Below, piece after piece: positions 1 through 10,175 of a stretch of DNA of 64,000 bases. This DNA is from Actinomycetota bacterium (GTDB taxonomy: Bacteria > Actinomycetota > Acidimicrobiia > Acidimicrobiales > Ilumatobacteraceae), in NCBI GenBank assembly GCA_016870865.1, contig VGAC01000002.1:25792-89791 (forward strand), written 5' to 3'. Every line of letters begins with the position of its first letter. The first letter of the stretch is position 1. The notes beneath the pieces are model-generated. The model worked only from the letters and a program-made list of their open reading frames with translations. It ran no database searches and had not been told where the DNA came from. A program made the translations under genes and the position numbers.

Positions 1-47
1 CGCAAAGCGGCCCCGCCGGGACCGATGAGAAGGTTCTGCCATGGTGG

Positions 48-656
48 ATGAACCCCGTCAATATCGTCGTCATGGTTGTCGCGGCCGCGGTTCTCGCGGC
101 TGCCATCGGCTTCGTGTTCGGGGAATCCCGCGGCAAGGGTGCGAAAAATGAATCCGATATCGGCTTCCTTCAGGACATGCGGATCCACCACGAGCAGGCT
201 GTGAATATGGGCCTCATCTACCTCGATGTGTCGGCGTCCGGCATGGGCGATGGGTCCGACTCGCGGGGCATCCTGCGCCTGATCGCGCGCGAGATCATCG
301 TCAACCAGTCGAACGAGTCGGGGCGAATGGTGCAAATACTGCGCCAGTTCGACGCTGCCGAAACGAACGAAACCGACGAGGTGATGGGATGGATGGGTGA
401 GCCCGTTCCCCTCGCCCGAATGCCCGGTTACGCCACCGACGAGGAGATGCGGACGCTGCAGCAGTCACGTGGCGCCGAAGCCGACCGCCTCTTTGCGAAA
501 CTGATGATCGCCCACCACAAGGGCGGGGTCCACATGGCCGAACACGCGGGGATGCACGGCTCGAGCGATGAGGTTCGCGCCATGGCGGACTCGATGGTCA
601 AGGCTCAGAACAGCGAAATCGCCGAGATGAAGAAACTCCTCGCCGCCGCCGACTGA
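48..656 (+). CDS. DUF305 family protein, membrane anchored
   Basis: 202-aa ORF with an N-terminal hydrophobic helix. It carries two histidine-pair motifs (MRIHHEQAVNM and MIAHHKGGVHMA) characteristic of DUF305. Confidence 0.75.
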   Translation: MNPVNIVVMVVAAAVLAAAIGFVFGESRGKGAKNESDIGFLQDMRIHHEQAVNMGLIYLDVSASGMGDGSDSRGILRLIAREIIVNQSNESGRMVQILRQFDAAETNETDEVMGWMGEPVPLARMPGYATDEEMRTLQQSRGAEADRLFAKLMIAHHKGGVHMAEHAGMHGSSDEVRAMADSMVKAQNSEIAEMKKLLAAAD

Positions 657-661
657 GGCTT

Positions 662-1663
662 CTATTTGTTCGTGCGCTTGACTGCGGCGACGACGTCGTC
701 GACCTGCGGAAGGAATGCCTTTTCGAGGTTGCTGGCGTACGGGATCGGAATGTTCTTGCCGCCGACGCGCTGAACGGGTGCGGCAAGGGTGCCGAAGAGC
801 TCCTCGTGGATGCGACTCGACAATTCGGCGCCGAAACCGCAGCGCGTCACCGCTTCGTGCACCACGACGGCGCGCTTGGTTTTGGTCACCGACGCCATCA
901 CCGCGGCCTCGTCGTAGGGAACGATCGAGCGCAGGTCGATGACCTCTGCGCTGATGCCCTCGGCGGCGAGTGCCTCGGCGGCCTGCTTGCAGGTGTGCAC
1001 CTGTCGGCCGTAGGAGACGATCGAGACGTCCTTGCCCTCGACGACGGTGTTTGCCTTGCCGAGCGGAACACGGTGGTCACCTGCAGGAACTTCACCCGCA
1101 TACGCCGGATCCCAGTACATGAGCATCGGCTCGACGAAGAGCACCGGGTCGGCGTCGAAGATCGAACTGATGAGGAGGCCCTTTGCATCGGCGGGGTTCG
1201 AAGGGATGGCCACCTTCATGCCCGGCGAGTGCACCGCAAAAGCCTCGAGAAGCTCGGAGTGCTGCGCGCCGAAACCGCGACCGGCACCCGCGCTGGTGCG
1301 GATGACCATCGGCACGGTGGTCTGACCACCCGACATGTATCGGATCTTCGCGGCGTGGTTCGTGATCTGGTCGAGGCACACGCCTATGAAATCCATGATC
1401 ATGATTTCGGCGACGGGCTTGTACCCGGCGATCGCCGCACCGACGGCGGCACCGATGATCGCCGCTTCGGAAATCGGCGTCTTGCGAACGCGCTGGGTGC
1501 CGTACTTGGTCGAGAGGCCCTTGGTGATCTTGTAGACGCCACCCGACGGTTCGGCGATGTCCTCACCGAGGAGGAACACCTTTTCGTCGAGTCCCATGGC
1601 GACATCCATCGCCTCGTTGATGGCCATACCCATCGGCATGATGCGGGGTTCGGTCGTTGTCAT
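662..1663 (-). CDS. 2-oxoacid (pyruvate/acetoin-type) dehydrogenase E1 component, beta subunit
   Basis: The real start is an internal ATG (cat at 1661..1663) giving MTTTEPRIMPMGMAINEAMD...LLGEDIAEPSGGVYKITKGL...TPISEAAIIGAAVGAA, a typical transketolase-like E1 beta. The 5' part of track ORF 662..1909 is Arg/Ser/Thr-rich junk overlapping the alpha gene. Confidence 0.9.
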   Translation of the reverse strand: MTTTEPRIMPMGMAINEAMDVAMGLDEKVFLLGEDIAEPSGGVYKITKGLSTKYGTQRVRKTPISEAAIIGAAVGAAIAGYKPVAEIMIMDFIGVCLDQITNHAAKIRYMSGGQTTVPMVIRTSAGAGRGFGAQHSELLEAFAVHSPGMKVAIPSNPADAKGLLISSIFDADPVLFVEPMLMYWDPAYAGEVPAGDHRVPLGKANTVVEGKDVSIVSYGRQVHTCKQAAEALAAEGISAEVIDLRSIVPYDEAAVMASVTKTKRAVVVHEAVTRCGFGAELSSRIHEELFGTLAAPVQRVGGKNIPIPYASNLEKAFLPQVDDVVAAVKRTNK

Positions 1664-1673
1664 CGCGCGTTCC

Positions 1674-2666
1674 TCACTTGATGATTTCTTCGTAGACGTC
1701 GGTGTAGAGCTCGTCCATCGGCGGTTCGGGGCTGTTCGTTGCGAAGTCGACGGCGTCGTCGACGAGGGCCTTGATCCGGTCCTCGATCTCGGCGAGTTGC
1801 GATTCGTTTGCGTGGCCGTTCTCGATGAGCCACGCGCGGAATGCCGGCAGTGGGTCGGCCGCCATGGCGGCCTTGCGCTCTTCTTTGGGCATGTACTCCA
1901 TCGCGTCACCCATGAGATGGCCCCAGAAGCGGTAGGTGCGGGCCTCGATGAGCGTCGGGCCCTCGCCTGAGCGGGCTCGGGCGACTGCCTCGCCGGCCAC
2001 CTTCCACATTGCGACGGGATCGTTGCCGTTCACAGTCACTCCGGGCATGCCGTAGGAGGCGGCGCGCTCGGAGATGTACTCCACTCCCGTCGACATCGCC
2101 ATCGGGGTGTGCTCGCCGTAGAGGTTGTTCTGGCACACGAAGACGACGGGCAGCTTCCATACGGCCGCCATGTTCAGGCCCTCGTGGAAGGCACCGATGT
2201 TCGCTGCACCGTCACCGAAGTTCACCACGGTCACCTGGTCGGTTCCCGACAGTTGCGCCGCAAGGCCGAAACCGTTGGCGATCGGGATGCCCGCGCCGAC
2301 GATGCCCGTGGTCACCATGAGTCCCGAAGCAGGGTGGGTGACGTGCATCGGACCACCCTTGCCTTTGCAGGTGCCCGTGCCGCGGCCGAGGAACTCGGCC
2401 CACAGTTCACGCATCGGTACACCCTTTGCGATGTGGTCGTGGAGACCCCGGTAGATCGTCACGACATAGTCGTCGGGACGCAGGTGCACCGCGTAACCCG
2501 CACTGATGCATTCCTGGCCGCGGGGCGAGTAGTAGATCAACTGAACCTGACCGCTCGTCAACATCGAACGGAATCTCTCGTCGGCAGTCTTGATCTTCTG
2601 CTGGATTTCAAACATCCGGAGGAGCGTCTCGCGATCCGGTGCATCAGGGCGGTTCGTGGTTGCCAT
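1674..2666 (-). CDS. 2-oxoacid dehydrogenase E1 component, alpha subunit (TPP dependent)
   Basis: 330 aa with the TPP-binding region VVNFGDGAANIGAFHEGLNMAAVWKLPVVFVCQNN. It sits 10 nt upstream of the beta subunit. Confidence 0.9.
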   Translation of the reverse strand: MATTNRPDAPDRETLLRMFEIQQKIKTADERFRSMLTSGQVQLIYYSPRGQECISAGYAVHLRPDDYVVTIYRGLHDHIAKGVPMRELWAEFLGRGTGTCKGKGGPMHVTHPASGLMVTTGIVGAGIPIANGFGLAAQLSGTDQVTVVNFGDGAANIGAFHEGLNMAAVWKLPVVFVCQNNLYGEHTPMAMSTGVEYISERAASYGMPGVTVNGNDPVAMWKVAGEAVARARSGEGPTLIEARTYRFWGHLMGDAMEYMPKEERKAAMAADPLPAFRAWLIENGHANESQLAEIEDRIKALVDDAVDFATNSPEPPMDELYTDVYEEIIK

Positions 2667-2718
2667 AGGGACCCTTTCCTATCAGAAATCGTTCACAGCG
2701 CAGGGGGTCGGGCGGGTC

Positions 2719-3636
2719 CTAGCGATCGAGAAGCCCGCGCAGCAGGCCGGCGAGTTCGACCGGCCTGTCGCCCTGAATGCTGTGGCCGGCTCCCTCGATT
2801 TCGACCACCTCGGCATCGGGACGTCGTCGCAGGAGTTCGTCAACATCGGCATCGTCGACGACGGGCGACAGCGACCCCCGGAAGAGAGTGAGCGGACAGC
2901 CCAGGCCGGACACGATGTCCCACAACCCCGAGAGGGCTGCCACGGGCGCAGGTTCGGCCGCCACCGCTGCATCACGCACATGACCACGACGGTCGTAGCG
3001 CCACTGCCATGAGCCATCCTCGAGTTGCTTCGCATTGTGGAGAATGCCGCGGCGCAACGACGAAACGGTGCGCGTCGGATTGTGTTCGATGGTGCGCGCC
3101 AACAGGTCGTCGAAGGAGGCAAAGGATTGCGGGCCGTTGACGAAGTCGAGCACCGCTTTGGCCTTCGCCCCGGTGACACCCGGCGTGATGTCGACGAGTG
3201 CCAGCGTGCGCACCAGATGCGGGGCATGACCCGCCAGCGCGAGCGACGTGAGACCACCAAGGGACATGCCGACCACAACCTCGGCCGAGGGACCGTGCGC
3301 GGACATCAGATCGGCGAGATCCGCCGCCATCGAAGCAGGCGTATACGCGGCATCCTCGCGCCACTGGGAATGGCCGTGGCCGGGCAGGTCGACTGCGATC
3401 AGCGACTCACCGAGACCGAGGCACACAGTGTCCCACGTGTGCGCATTCTGCGAGCCGCCGTGCACGAGAACCAGACGCGGCTCACCGGTGCCCCACCTCA
3501 GGAAACTCATCGCGCGACCGTCGGCGAGCACGTGCGTGACACGGTCGACGCGCGGCTTCGGCGACACCCCGAGCGCGTACTCGGCGATGTTCTCGTGGAA
3601 GAGACCGAACTCGTCGTAATCAATGCGCTCACCCAT
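2719..3636 (-). CDS. alpha/beta hydrolase fold protein
   Basis: Internal ATG at 3636 gives MGERIDYDEF.... Contains LVLVHGGSQNAHTWD, the nucleophile elbow VVGMSLGG and a C-terminal GAGHSIQ. The upstream part of track ORF 2719..4176 is poly-Arg junk antisense to the next gene. Confidence 0.85.
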   Translation of the reverse strand: MGERIDYDEFGLFHENIAEYALGVSPKPRVDRVTHVLADGRAMSFLRWGTGEPRLVLVHGGSQNAHTWDTVCLGLGESLIAVDLPGHGHSQWREDAAYTPASMAADLADLMSAHGPSAEVVVGMSLGGLTSLALAGHAPHLVRTLALVDITPGVTGAKAKAVLDFVNGPQSFASFDDLLARTIEHNPTRTVSSLRRGILHNAKQLEDGSWQWRYDRRGHVRDAAVAAEPAPVAALSGLWDIVSGLGCPLTLFRGSLSPVVDDADVDELLRRRPDAEVVEIEGAGHSIQGDRPVELAGLLRGLLDR

Positions 3637-3640
3637 CGAT

Positions 3641-4762
3641 TCAGCCTCCGGTCGTGGGCACGGGGGCCCCGGTTGTGGTCGTGGGGTCGAGCATCTCGGG
3701 GATGGTCGTCGCTTGCTTCGGCCGCTTGGCCGCCGTTGTCGGCGCGACCGACGTCGTCGTGTTTTCACCGGTGTTCGTCGTCGTCGTCGACGTCTGCGCC
3801 TTCGGCTCGGATGTCGTGGTCGTGTAGTTCGGGTCGGGCTTGTCTGCAGGCGGCAACGGAGCTCCATACTTCTCGGGTTCCTGCACACCGTCAAAGACGT
3901 AGATGCGATCACCGTATGCCACGAGGTCCTGAAGGTACTCGGAGATGAACATCGGAATTCGAATGCATCCGTGCGACGCGGGGCGGATCGGCACCTGCGC
4001 CGCACCATGCACGGCAATACCGCCGTTGAAGTAGATGGGGTTCCACATGGTGCCGAGCTTGCTCTCGCGCGTGCCGGTGCGACGGTTGTAGAAATAGTAG
4101 AGACCTGCGGGTGTGATCGACTCGCCGCAGATTCCCTTTTTGATGGCTTCGGTTCCGTTGAGGTTTCCGTCCTCACCCGGGTCGATCGTTACCTCCTCAC
4201 ACCACGGCTTGTTGTCACCCGAGGACATATGCGTGATCACGACGGGTTGGTCCTGCTTGAAGACGATCAGCACCTGCTCGGGCAGGTATACCTCGACATG
4301 TGTGTCGGTTTGCGCATTCGGCCGGCGCGGACGCACGAGGCCATCGCGTTGCGCGACTTTCCACATCTCGTTGGTGAACTCATCCTTCACACCGCTGATG
4401 GGAATGCGCATGACCAACTTCTGAAAAGCCCACACGGCCTGCAGGGTCTGGTAGCCGAAGTCGCCGTCGATCAGGTTCGGGTCGAAACCGATGTCCTTCA
4501 GGCGGCGCTGCATTTGCATCACATCGTCGCCCGTGTCGCCGAGCGCGAGGGTTCGCGACAACGCAACGTCGGGTTGCGTGGTCGCGACGGCTTTCGTCGT
4601 CGTCGTGGCAGAGACCGCCGGCGGCGACCCATCACGGCCCGCCAGGGCAACCCCGACAACCGCCGACAACACCACCAGCGCGAGGTATGCCGGCCGCCAG
4701 CGACGCAAATGAGAACCCCGCTGATGGGGGGCTTGGTTGGGGTGGTCGGTGTGGGTGTCCAT
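3641..4762 (-). CDS. L,D-transpeptidase (YkuD) with peptidoglycan-binding domain and Thr/Pro-rich C-terminal tail
   Basis: TM/signal segment AYLALVVLSAVVGVALA, PG_binding-like DDVMQMQRRLKDIGFDP..DGDFGYQTLQAVWAFQK, and catalytic motif AVHGA...PASHGCIRIP. The last ~80 aa are T/P/A rich. Confidence 0.85.
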   Translation of the reverse strand: MDTHTDHPNQAPHQRGSHLRRWRPAYLALVVLSAVVGVALAGRDGSPPAVSATTTTKAVATTQPDVALSRTLALGDTGDDVMQMQRRLKDIGFDPNLIDGDFGYQTLQAVWAFQKLVMRIPISGVKDEFTNEMWKVAQRDGLVRPRRPNAQTDTHVEVYLPEQVLIVFKQDQPVVITHMSSGDNKPWCEEVTIDPGEDGNLNGTEAIKKGICGESITPAGLYYFYNRRTGTRESKLGTMWNPIYFNGGIAVHGAAQVPIRPASHGCIRIPMFISEYLQDLVAYGDRIYVFDGVQEPEKYGAPLPPADKPDPNYTTTTSEPKAQTSTTTTNTGENTTTSVAPTTAAKRPKQATTIPEMLDPTTTTGAPVPTTGG

Positions 4763-4796
4763 GAGGGCTGGACCGTCGGGGTGGTGGACCCCGAGA

Positions 4797-5528
4797 TCAA
4801 CCCCGAAGGCTACGAAGTTCCCTGCGCAGTGAGAACATCTCGCGCAGGATCTTGCGGATGACCGAGGGTGAACTGAGCGTGGAGATGCCTCGTGTGCGGG
4901 GGAAGTAGTCGACCCCGAACTGGATGACGCTCTTGCCCGTCTTTCGGGCCCGTATCACGAGTTCCGCATCGATGAACGAGCCTTCGCTCTTGAGTTCCAT
5001 TGCGCGCAGGAGCGACCCTCGGCACAATTTGAAGGCGAAATTGATGTCGCGCACCTTCACGCCGAAGAGCAGGCGCACGAGACCGTTGTAGACGGCCGAA
5101 TAGACGGTGCGGACGTAGCCCTCACCCGTGCGGTCGAAACGGTACGCACTGACGATATCGGCCTCGTAATAGCGCATCAGACGCACTGCCTTGCGGGCTT
5201 CGAGCATGTCGAAGGGCAGGTCGGCGTCGGTGTAGAGAACGAGGTCGCCGGTCGCGTTGGCAAAGCCCGTTTTCATCGACCCACCGAGTTTGCGGTTCAC
5301 GGGGTGGTGCACGACCCGCACACGAGGGTCTTCCACTGCGTACTTGTCGGCGAGCTCGGGCGTGGAGTCGGTCGATGCGTCGTCGATGATCAACAATTCG
5401 TACGTCTCGATCTCACCCGTGCGCACGAGTTCCTCGCAGAGCTCGCGACCCGCGGCCAGGGCGCGCCCGATGTAGTCCTCTTCGTTCCACATCGGGAAAA
5501 AGACCGTCATTTTCTCGAAGTTCGCCAT
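4797..5528 (-). CDS. family 2 glycosyltransferase (polyprenyl-phosphate sugar synthase-like)
   Basis: 243 aa with FFPMWNEEDYI, LLIIDDASTDST and LYTDADLPFD (DxD-type) motifs of GT2 / DPM1-like enzymes. Confidence 0.8.
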   Translation of the reverse strand: MANFEKMTVFFPMWNEEDYIGRALAAGRELCEELVRTGEIETYELLIIDDASTDSTPELADKYAVEDPRVRVVHHPVNRKLGGSMKTGFANATGDLVLYTDADLPFDMLEARKAVRLMRYYEADIVSAYRFDRTGEGYVRTVYSAVYNGLVRLLFGVKVRDINFAFKLCRGSLLRAMELKSEGSFIDAELVIRARKTGKSVIQFGVDYFPRTRGISTLSSPSVIRKILREMFSLRRELRSLRG

Positions 5529-5575
5529 CCCTTCGTCAGGCTACAGCGGTCACATTCGGCGTAGTATTCGGGCAA

Positions 5576-5950
5576 ATGTCCGCACCTTGGTCCCGTATTC
5601 TCGCGGCCACGTGGGTTTTGGTGGCGGTGGCACATGGTTTCATCTCGGTCGCAAGCAGGCGCACGGGTAAACCACTCTGGTGGGTCGACAACCACGGCAT
5701 CGCCGGAGATGCGACACCCGTCATCGGTGCGGCGGTCGTCTATCTCGCGATGCTCGCGGCTTTTGTCGTCGCGCTGCGGCGCGCACCGCGGTCACCATTC
5801 ATCTCCGCAGGCGTCGCCATCGCACTCGGCGCGAATGCGGTGGCCGACCTCGCCGCGGCTCCGGGCTCGGCGCTCGTCGCCCTTGCCGCGGTGGCATCAG
5901 CACTCGTCGCGTCGGTCGCGGCAGTGGCGGGGCGCACCGCGCGACGCTAA
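5576..5950 (+). CDS. small integral membrane protein, unknown function
   Basis: 124 aa with 3-4 hydrophobic helices and plausible composition, in contrast to the Arg-rich overlapping frames. No recognisable family. Confidence 0.5.
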   Translation: MSAPWSRILAATWVLVAVAHGFISVASRRTGKPLWWVDNHGIAGDATPVIGAAVVYLAMLAAFVVALRRAPRSPFISAGVAIALGANAVADLAAAPGSALVALAAVASALVASVAAVAGRTARR

Positions 5951-5991
5951 TCTCTCGTGGGGCAACGCGTTCGAGACTCAGGGGAGCGAAA

Positions 5992-6246
5992 ATGCGCGGA
6001 ATCAAACATCCGCTGTCGGGGGCGACATACGACCTCACCGAAGCGGGAACCATCCTCGTCCGCAAAGACGGCAAGGCCGGCGAGTTCACCAAGGACGGCA
6101 TTTACCTCAACGGGGACATCAAGCAGTGCGATCCACACCTGTGCGTGTGGATCGGTGGGCGGCAGATCACGGTCGACCCGAACATGGCAAGAAACCAACG
6201 GGCCGTCGCAGCGCAACGGCTGGCGAATCAAGGGGCAACGAAATGA
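5992..6246 (+). CDS. small hypothetical protein translationally coupled to the Rieske oxygenase
   Basis: ATG at 5992 is preceded by GGGGAGCGAAA. The 84-aa product is MRGIKHPLSGATYDLTEAGTILVRKDGKAGEFTKDG.... Its TGA (6244..6246) overlaps the ATG of the next gene (ATGA). Confidence 0.55.
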   Translation: MRGIKHPLSGATYDLTEAGTILVRKDGKAGEFTKDGIYLNGDIKQCDPHLCVWIGGRQITVDPNMARNQRAVAAQRLANQGATK

Positions 6247-7607
6247 CAATGACTTCACCTGCACCCGGCGAGGCCCGCTCACCGGGCCTCTCCTACCAGG
6301 ACCTGCACAAGAACGACTCGCGGCCGGTGCCCGAGGTTCTGCGTTGGGTCAACTGGGAATTCATGGGCGATACCGACATTCCGGTCGCCGCCTACACCAA
6401 CCGTGAATGGCACGAACTCGAGAAGGAGAAAATCTGGAAGCGCGTCTGGCAGATGGCCTGTCGCGAAGAAGACGTACCGAACGTCGGCGACACGCTGCGC
6501 TACGACATCTGCGAAAACTCGATTCTCGTGGTGCGTACAGCGCCCGACACCGTGAAGGCGTTCCACAACGTGTGTCTGCACCGTGGGCGCCTGCTGCGCG
6601 AGTTCGACGGCCCAGCCAACGAACTGCGCTGCCCATTCCATGGTTTTTGCTGGAACCTCGACGGCTCACTCAAGCAGGTGCCGTGCGAATGGGACTTCCC
6701 GCACGTCGAAAAGGACGAATGGAACCTGCCCGAGGTGAGGGTCGGCACATGGGGCGGGTTCGTGTTCATCAACATGGACCCGAACGCCGAGTCGCTCGAA
6801 TCCTTCCTCGGTGACTTTCCGTGGCACTTCGAGCGTTGGCCGCTCGAGAAGCGCTACAAGAGCGTGCACGTCGCCAAGATCTTCCCGACGAACTGGAAGG
6901 TCGTGCAGGATGCCTTCAGCGAGGCCTTCCACGTCGTGGCCACCCACCCACAGTTGCTGTCGAGCATCGGTGACGCCAATTCGCAGTACGACTGGAAGGG
7001 CAACTACTCGCGCGCGATCACGCCGAACGGCACTCCGAGCCCGCACATCAAATACGTGCCCACGCAGCAAGAGATGTTCGACGCGGTGGCCGACAAGCGT
7101 CTCGACGAGGAACCGTCGGTCGTTCTGCCGCCCGGGGTCACTGCGCGAGAGATGTTCGGCAACGGTGGTCGTGCGACCATGCACGACGTCTTGGGCGACA
7201 AAGCCGACGACTTCTGTGATGCCGAGTTCAGCGACAGCATCTATTACACGCTGTTTCCGAACTTCCATCCGTGGGGCGCGTTCAACCGCATTTGCTACCG
7301 CTTCCGTCCGTATGAGGACCGCCACGACATGTCGATCATGGAGTGCATGTACCTCGAGCCGTACGACGAGTCGAAGCCCAAACCGCCGGCGGCACCGATC
7401 CACTGGCTGGGTGTCGACGACGACTGGGCCGAGGCACCCGAACTGGGCAACCTCGCCCGCGTCTTCAACCAGGACACGTTCAATCTTCCGAAGGTGCAAC
7501 GCGGCCTGCGGGCAATGACGAAGCCCGGCGTCACCTTGGCGAACTATCAGGAAACGAAAATTCGCCACGTGCACATGCTCATGAACCGGTGGTTCCAAAA
7601 GCCCTGA
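6243..7607 (+). CDS. Rieske [2Fe-2S] non-heme iron oxygenase, alpha-subunit type
   Basis: Internal ATG at 6243 (MTMTSPAP...). Rieske motif CLHRG...CPFHGF and mononuclear-iron region NWKVVQDAFSEAFHVVATH. The upstream part of track ORF 5634..7607 is junk. Confidence 0.88.
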   Translation: MTMTSPAPGEARSPGLSYQDLHKNDSRPVPEVLRWVNWEFMGDTDIPVAAYTNREWHELEKEKIWKRVWQMACREEDVPNVGDTLRYDICENSILVVRTAPDTVKAFHNVCLHRGRLLREFDGPANELRCPFHGFCWNLDGSLKQVPCEWDFPHVEKDEWNLPEVRVGTWGGFVFINMDPNAESLESFLGDFPWHFERWPLEKRYKSVHVAKIFPTNWKVVQDAFSEAFHVVATHPQLLSSIGDANSQYDWKGNYSRAITPNGTPSPHIKYVPTQQEMFDAVADKRLDEEPSVVLPPGVTAREMFGNGGRATMHDVLGDKADDFCDAEFSDSIYYTLFPNFHPWGAFNRICYRFRPYEDRHDMSIMECMYLEPYDESKPKPPAAPIHWLGVDDDWAEAPELGNLARVFNQDTFNLPKVQRGLRAMTKPGVTLANYQETKIRHVHMLMNRWFQKP

Positions 7608-7619
7608 CGGGCAAATTGA

Positions 7620-9005
<1,386 letters not shown>

Positions 9006-10175
9006 TCAGCCGGCAATGACACGGGCAGCGATGCCCGCAACGAGTGCCGTACGGAACGGAATCGTCTCGACGATCACGTGCTCGCTCACCCCGTGCGCAC
9101 CGCCGCCCACCGCGCCGAGACCATCGAGGGTCTTGACGCCGATTGCCGCGGTGAAATTGCCGTCGGATCCGCCGCCCACCGCCACGCCAGCGATGTCGCG
9201 GCCGTCGATCTCGCCCGCCACCTCTCGGGCCAATGCGAAGAGTTCCGCCGACATCGATTCGTGCAGTGGCGGACGGTGGAGGCTGCCCGACACGGTGATC
9301 TTCGCCCCGTTGACGACGGGCTGCAGCGAGTTCATCAAGGACTCGACACGGGCTTTTTCCTCGGGCACCACGACGCGTGCATCGACGACTATCGAGGCAC
9401 GATCGGGCACGGTGTTGTCAGTCGTGCCTGCACTGGCCAAGGTCGGTGTCACGGTCGTACCAAGCTCGGGTTTTCCGAAACCGTTGATCACCCCCACCTG
9501 GTGGGCCAACTCGACCAGCGCATTGATTCCCTTTTCGGGTTCGAGTCCGGCGTGTGATGCACGACCCTCAATCGACACGTCGAACGTTCCGGTGCCCTTG
9601 CGTGCCACTTTCAACGCGCCGCCGTCGGCACTCGGCTCGAGCACGAGGACCGCGTCGACGCTGCGCGCCATTTCTTCCACGAGGCCTCGACTGGCTTTGG
9701 ATCCAACCTCTTCATCCGCGGTGAACAACATCGCCACGCGGGAGAGGTCGAAACCCGAGTCGCGGAGGATTCGTGTCGCGTACACGGCCTGCACGATGCC
9801 TGCCTTCATGTCAAAGACACCCGGCCCGCGCAGCACACCGGCCTCGTTGGTGAACGGTCGCTGCTCGAGCGAACCCACCTGGTGCACCGTGTCGTGATGG
9901 CCGAGGAACAGCACCGCCGGGCGCGCCGATGGCCGCACGACCACGTGCGGGCCGACGGGTGATTCCATCACTTCTGCCACCATCCCCGTTTCGCGCTCGA
10001 TGAGTTCGGCGACGCAACGTGCACCGACCGCCACGCGTTCGGCGTCACGCGACGGTGATTCCACCGAGACGAGTCGACCGATGTCTGCGACGGCGGCTGC
10101 GAGCGACTCGGTCGCTGCGACAAGGAAAGGGTGCACGGGAAAAGAATAGGGTGAATCGATGGATTTCATCGCCAA
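9006..10175 (-). CDS. M20 family metallopeptidase (carboxypeptidase/deacylase type)
   Basis: 389 aa with LGHHDTV, FTADEEVGS and a C-terminal GGGSDGNF. The start could be ATG 10169 rather than 10175, which would avoid overlap with the divergent gene. Confidence 0.8.
   Translation of the reverse strand: MAMKSIDSPYSFPVHPFLVAATESLAAAVADIGRLVSVESPSRDAERVAVGARCVAELIERETGMVAEVMESPVGPHVVVRPSARPAVLFLGHHDTVHQVGSLEQRPFTNEAGVLRGPGVFDMKAGIVQAVYATRILRDSGFDLSRVAMLFTADEEVGSKASRGLVEEMARSVDAVLVLEPSADGGALKVARKGTGTFDVSIEGRASHAGLEPEKGINALVELAHQVGVINGFGKPELGTTVTPTLASAGTTDNTVPDRASIVVDARVVVPEEKARVESLMNSLQPVVNGAKITVSGSLHRPPLHESMSAELFALAREVAGEIDGRDIAGVAVGGGSDGNFTAAIGVKTLDGLGAVGGGAHGVSEHVIVETIPFRTALVAGIAARVIAG

Noticed and set aside
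3637-4176. 5' extension of track ORF 2719..4176 (and similar extensions at 5634..6242, 13109..13531, 14514..14843, 19112..19633, 27266..27589 and 49262..50170)
   Set aside because: These extensions overlap neighbouring genes on the opposite strand or in another frame. They encode Arg/Pro/Ser-rich low-complexity sequence. In each case homology-like sequence begins only at an internal ATG or GTG.
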